Source: Minisyncoccota bacterium
GTDB taxonomy: Bacteria > Patescibacteriota > Minisyncoccia > Phycocordibacterales > UBA9973
DNA: 45,514 nucleotides
Direction of reading: 5' to 3'
Assembly (NCBI GenBank): GCA_043746875.1
Contig: JAYTQE010000033.1
Span: 1-45,514 of the forward strand
Position 1 is the stretch's first letter, and every line of letters begins with the position of its first letter. The translations under genes were made by a program, and so were the position numbers. Under the pieces are notes generated by a model, which saw only the letters and a program-made list of their open reading frames with translations, did not search any database and was not told the DNA's origin. Below are positions 43,151 to 45,514 of this stretch, in pieces.

Positions 43151-44219
43151 AAATATAATCTGCCAGTGCAAGACCTATCGCAGTAACATAACTCATTGAC
43201 ATTTCTCTGGACATACCAGGAATAGCATCTTCGAAAGAAAGACAATTTATCCAAGGATTCACTTGTACAACATTTAATTTTAAACTATTTTTTAAATAAT
43301 CATCTAGTCCTAATAAATTACTATGACCTCCACATAAATAAATTGTTTCAATTTGGTCAAAATTTTCAATCTGACTTTTCTTTTCATGCCAGTAAATATA
43401 TCTTTTGTTTATTTCTTCTGTCAAAATATTTAAATCTTTACTCATAGCATTAAAAAGTGTCTTGTCTCCACTAGACAAATTCAGTCCTTGATCTTTTTTT
43501 ATTTTTATTGCTTCTTCTTCAGAGATATTCAATTCTTTTGCTATTGTTTTTGTGAAATTTTTACCACCAAAATCAAGAGTTGCAGTATAAATAGCAGATC
43601 CTTTTGTTAAGATTGTTATTTCTGTTCTATTTGCTCCAAAATCAACAACCATATAAGACTTATTATCATTTGGTTTAATAACTGCTCTTGCAATAGCTTG
43701 ACCTTCTAATTCAAAAGAAACTGGTACCATGCCAGAGGACATAAATGCTTCAAAATACATTCTTGAAACAACTTCAGAAATAGCGACAACTTGCACTAAA
43801 ATAGTATCATCTGTTGTAGATAAAATATGGTAATCAAAAATTGTCTCAATTGTTTTAAGGGGGATATTATCTTCTATTACTATCTCTATTGCTGATCTTA
43901 TATCATTTGAAACTACTACGTCTAAAGACAATGTAAAAGAATATATTTGAGATTCTGGTATCGAAACCCTTACATATTTCAAGTTAAATTTTTTCTTAAT
44001 GTCACTTAAAAAAGTTACGAACTTTTGATTATCTATTATCTTACCGTCTTTCATACAACCTTCGGGTATTGTTTTTTCTGCGTATTCTTCCGGCATGATA
44101 CCGTTTGGTTTTTTTGCAAGCTTAATGAAACGCATAGTCGAATCAGAAAAATCTATCCCTGCGCTTGGAATATCAAAAAAGTTTGGTGTTGGAAAAAATC
44201 TTGTAAGTGAAAACCTCAC
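43143..44219 (-). CDS. pilM: PilM, actin-like type IV pilus assembly ATPase-fold protein
   Basis: GIDFSDSTMRFIKL and VVDFGANRTEI (actin/FtsA-like phosphate motifs) plus LCGGHSNLLGL. Confidence 0.85.
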   Translation of the reverse strand: MRFSLTRFFPTPNFFDIPSAGIDFSDSTMRFIKLAKKPNGIMPEEYAEKTIPEGCMKDGKIIDNQKFVTFLSDIKKKFNLKYVRVSIPESQIYSFTLSLDVVVSNDIRSAIEIVIEDNIPLKTIETIFDYHILSTTDDTILVQVVAISEVVSRMYFEAFMSSGMVPVSFELEGQAIARAVIKPNDNKSYMVVDFGANRTEITILTKGSAIYTATLDFGGKNFTKTIAKELNISEEEAIKIKKDQGLNLSSGDKTLFNAMSKDLNILTEEINKRYIYWHEKKSQIENFDQIETIYLCGGHSNLLGLDDYLKNSLKLNVVQVNPWINCLSFEDAIPGMSREMSMSYVTAIGLALADYIYD

Positions 44220-44245
44220 ATATCTATTATACGATATGATTCAAT

Positions 44246-44599
44246 CTATCGCACGACAGATCCACTGTTTACATCTTTTTCTGGAATAAGAAATATTGGA
44301 GAACCATCAATACCATCAACAGCCATGAGCATTCCTTGGCTTTGGTATCCTTTTATTGTTCTTGGTTCTAGATTTACTATATAAAGAACTTGTTTATTAA
44401 TAAGCTTTTTATAGTCTGGATAAAATTCATGAATACCTGAGATAATTTGTCTTAATTTTTTATTACCAAGATCGTCAACTTCGTTGAAGTCAACCTGACA
44501 GATAAGCAATTTGTCAGTATCGGGAACTGGAGAAACTTCTCGAATAGTCCCAACTCTAATATCCATTTTTTTGAAATCCTCATAATTAATATATGTCAT
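44246..44599 (-). CDS. Stand-alone tRNA-binding OB-fold protein (Trbp111/CsaA-like)
   Basis: DFKKMDIRVGTIREV...LLICQVDF...PRTIKGYQSQGMLMA matches the tRNA_bind domain that is otherwise fused to MetRS or PheT. Confidence 0.85.
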   Translation of the reverse strand: MTYINYEDFKKMDIRVGTIREVSPVPDTDKLLICQVDFNEVDDLGNKKLRQIISGIHEFYPDYKKLINKQVLYIVNLEPRTIKGYQSQGMLMAVDGIDGSPIFLIPEKDVNSGSVVR

Positions 44600-44614
44600 A
44601 AATTAAAGTGTAGT

Positions 44615-44995
44615 TTATTTTTTCTTTTTATCAAGAAATCTCTGAAGTATAATTGCTGCAGCAGAATCATCTCTGTGTCCCTTTTTTTCTTGATATCTAT
44701 GAGCTTCAAAGGAAGAAAAGTCTTCTCTTTCTAAGAAAATACTAGTCTCTATAGCAAGTGCAAGTTTGGACTTAAAAGAATTAATTTCATTTGAAATATC
44801 ATTTTCATAACCATTTGTTGCATTTGAATTTCCTAAGATTATAATATCAATTTTTTCTTTTTTAGATATATTTTCTATTGTTTTTATTACTTTTTTATTT
44901 TCAACTATACCGTAAGGGAAAGCAAAATTTCCATCTTCATCAGAAATAGCAAGCCCTACTCTTTTAGTCCCATAATCTACCCCTAAGTATTTCAT
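44615..44995 (-). CDS. ruvX: Holliday-junction resolvase-like nuclease RuvX/YqgF
   Basis: MKYLGVDYGTKRVGLAISD at the N-terminus. Start set at Met24 of the tracked ORF. Confidence 0.88.
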   Translation of the reverse strand: MKYLGVDYGTKRVGLAISDEDGNFAFPYGIVENKKVIKTIENISKKEKIDIIILGNSNATNGYENDISNEINSFKSKLALAIETSIFLEREDFSSFEAHRYQEKKGHRDDSAAAIILQRFLDKKKK

Positions 44996-45067
44996 ATATT
45001 GCAGATTAACATGAACATGTTGAAAATACACTTTTGCTATGGTAGAGTTCATAAACTTCGACACAAA

Positions 45068-45154
45068 GGAAGCGTGGCAGAGTGGTCGAATGCACCTGTC
45101 TTGAAAACAGGAGTCCTCGTAAGGGGACCGTGAGTTCGAATCTCACCGCTTCCG
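45068..45154 (+). tRNA. tRNA-Ser (anticodon UGA), class II
   Basis: Acceptor GGAAGCG/CGCUUCC, anticodon stem CCUGU/ACAGG with loop CUUGAAA, an 18-nt variable arm, T-arm GUGAG-UUCGAAU-CUCAC, G73. Confidence 0.9.
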
Positions 45155-45222
45155 CAAAAACATTTTAGTATAAGAACATGACAGTGGTCCGACTCGTGTA
45201 TATAAAATTACAATAAAAAAAA

Positions 45223-45246
45223 ACATGACTAGTTCGTGTTTTTTAT
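45223..45246 (+). terminator. Possible terminator after tRNA-Ser
   Basis: ACAUGA-CUAGU-UCGUGU pairs well only on the plus strand (U.G there becomes C.A on the minus strand). Followed by UUUUUUA. Confidence 0.45.
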
Positions 45247-45514
45247 TTGGGCTTTTTTAAATTTTATCATCCTAGTAATTAAACTTATAGGAAGTGCATT
45301 ATTTAATGGAAACTGAACAGAACCTTTTCCTTGTTTGTATTTTGAAAGCTCTTTTATAAATTTTATATGAGCACTTGGAGTCGCGTAGAATCCTATGTGA
45401 TTTTTGAAGGCTGCAAAATATACTATGGGTTTACTATTTAATTTGTATGCAGGCATACCATAACTGATACTCTCTTCTGCTTTTGGTGCAACTTTTTTTA
45501 CTGTCGTACGTAAC
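45229..45514 (-). CDS. DUF1801 (YdhG-like) domain protein, N-terminus outside window
   Basis: The reading frame stays open upstream of the tracked Met to the window edge (...VKKVAPKAEESISYGMPAYK...KNHIGFYATP). Confidence 0.7.
   Translation of the reverse strand, partial: LRTTVKKVAPKAEESISYGMPAYKLNSKPIVYFAAFKNHIGFYATPSAHIKFIKELSKYKQGKGSVQFPLNNALPISLITRMIKFKKAQIKNTN

Noticed and set aside
1240-44289. About 40 short ORFs in the six-frame track lie inside or antisense to larger genes. Examples are 1240..1524, 2319..2564, 5398..5619, 7810..8780, 11730..14992, 15892..17453, 20586..20783, 21228..22125, 23761..24207, 28038..28268, 29018..29215, 32111..32347, 34616..34816, 35233..35436, 36319..36585, 37264..37455, 39214..39444, 40408..40638, 42323..42517, 43014..43199 and 44025..44289.
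   Set aside because: Each is fully embedded in a longer ORF with clear family motifs on the other strand or frame. Their translations are low-complexity (Ser/Phe/Ile/Leu-rich), typical of shadow ORFs in AT-rich DNA. None has recognisable motifs.
1-45514. CRISPR arrays, tandem or interspersed repeats, insertion sequences, integrases and prophage blocks.
   Set aside because: I saw no regularly spaced direct repeats in any intergenic region, and all gaps are under 300 bp. No ORF has transposase, integrase or recombinase motifs other than RecA, RecO and RuvX.
1-45514. An alternative genetic code with UGA as a sense codon (code 4 or code 25).
   Set aside because: All conserved genes reach their expected full length under the standard code with no in-frame TGA, so reassignment is not supported by this window. 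The near-absence of TGA stops is reported separately as a finding.

Overview
This 45.5-kb window is AT-rich and very gene-dense, with 49 CDS, 6 tRNAs, and almost all genes on the minus strand. It is mostly housekeeping sequence from a reduced-genome bacterium. I infer a CPR/Patescibacteria-like organism from the truncated aminoacyl-tRNA synthetases, the pilMNO genes, and the lack of biosynthetic operons. Recognisable genes include recA (5' partial), efp, rpsF-ssb-rpsR, tatD, metG, glyQS, recO, ileS, a MgtA-like P-type ATPase, ndk, argS, thyX, secE-nusG-rplK, a MacAB-like ABC efflux module, pheS/pheT, rplS, pilM/N/O and ruvX. The tRNAs are His(GUG), Leu(GAG), Arg(UCU), Val(UAC) and Ser(UGA). 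I saw no rRNA, CRISPR array, transposase or integrase. The observations most worth follow-up are these. (1) ileS is one ORF with a complete histidine-phosphatase (PGAM-like) domain, apparently catalytically intact, inserted in its catalytic core. (2) ileS is preceded by a compact T-box leader whose terminator abuts the start codon. (3) A stand-alone unit at 20.2-20.4 kb has a promoter, a ~143-nt structured RNA and a terminator, with a 6S-like architecture; it could instead be a leader of the downstream operon. (4) At 22.7-26.0 kb there is a pyrimidine deoxynucleotide cluster: a DUF1599-like protein, a divergent ThyX, a DNPH1/Rcl-like N-hydrolase and a long-form dCTP deaminase. (5) UGA is almost unused as a stop codon (1 of 49, backed up by an in-frame UAG). 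All homology calls come from motif recognition by eye. No searches or folding programs were run.
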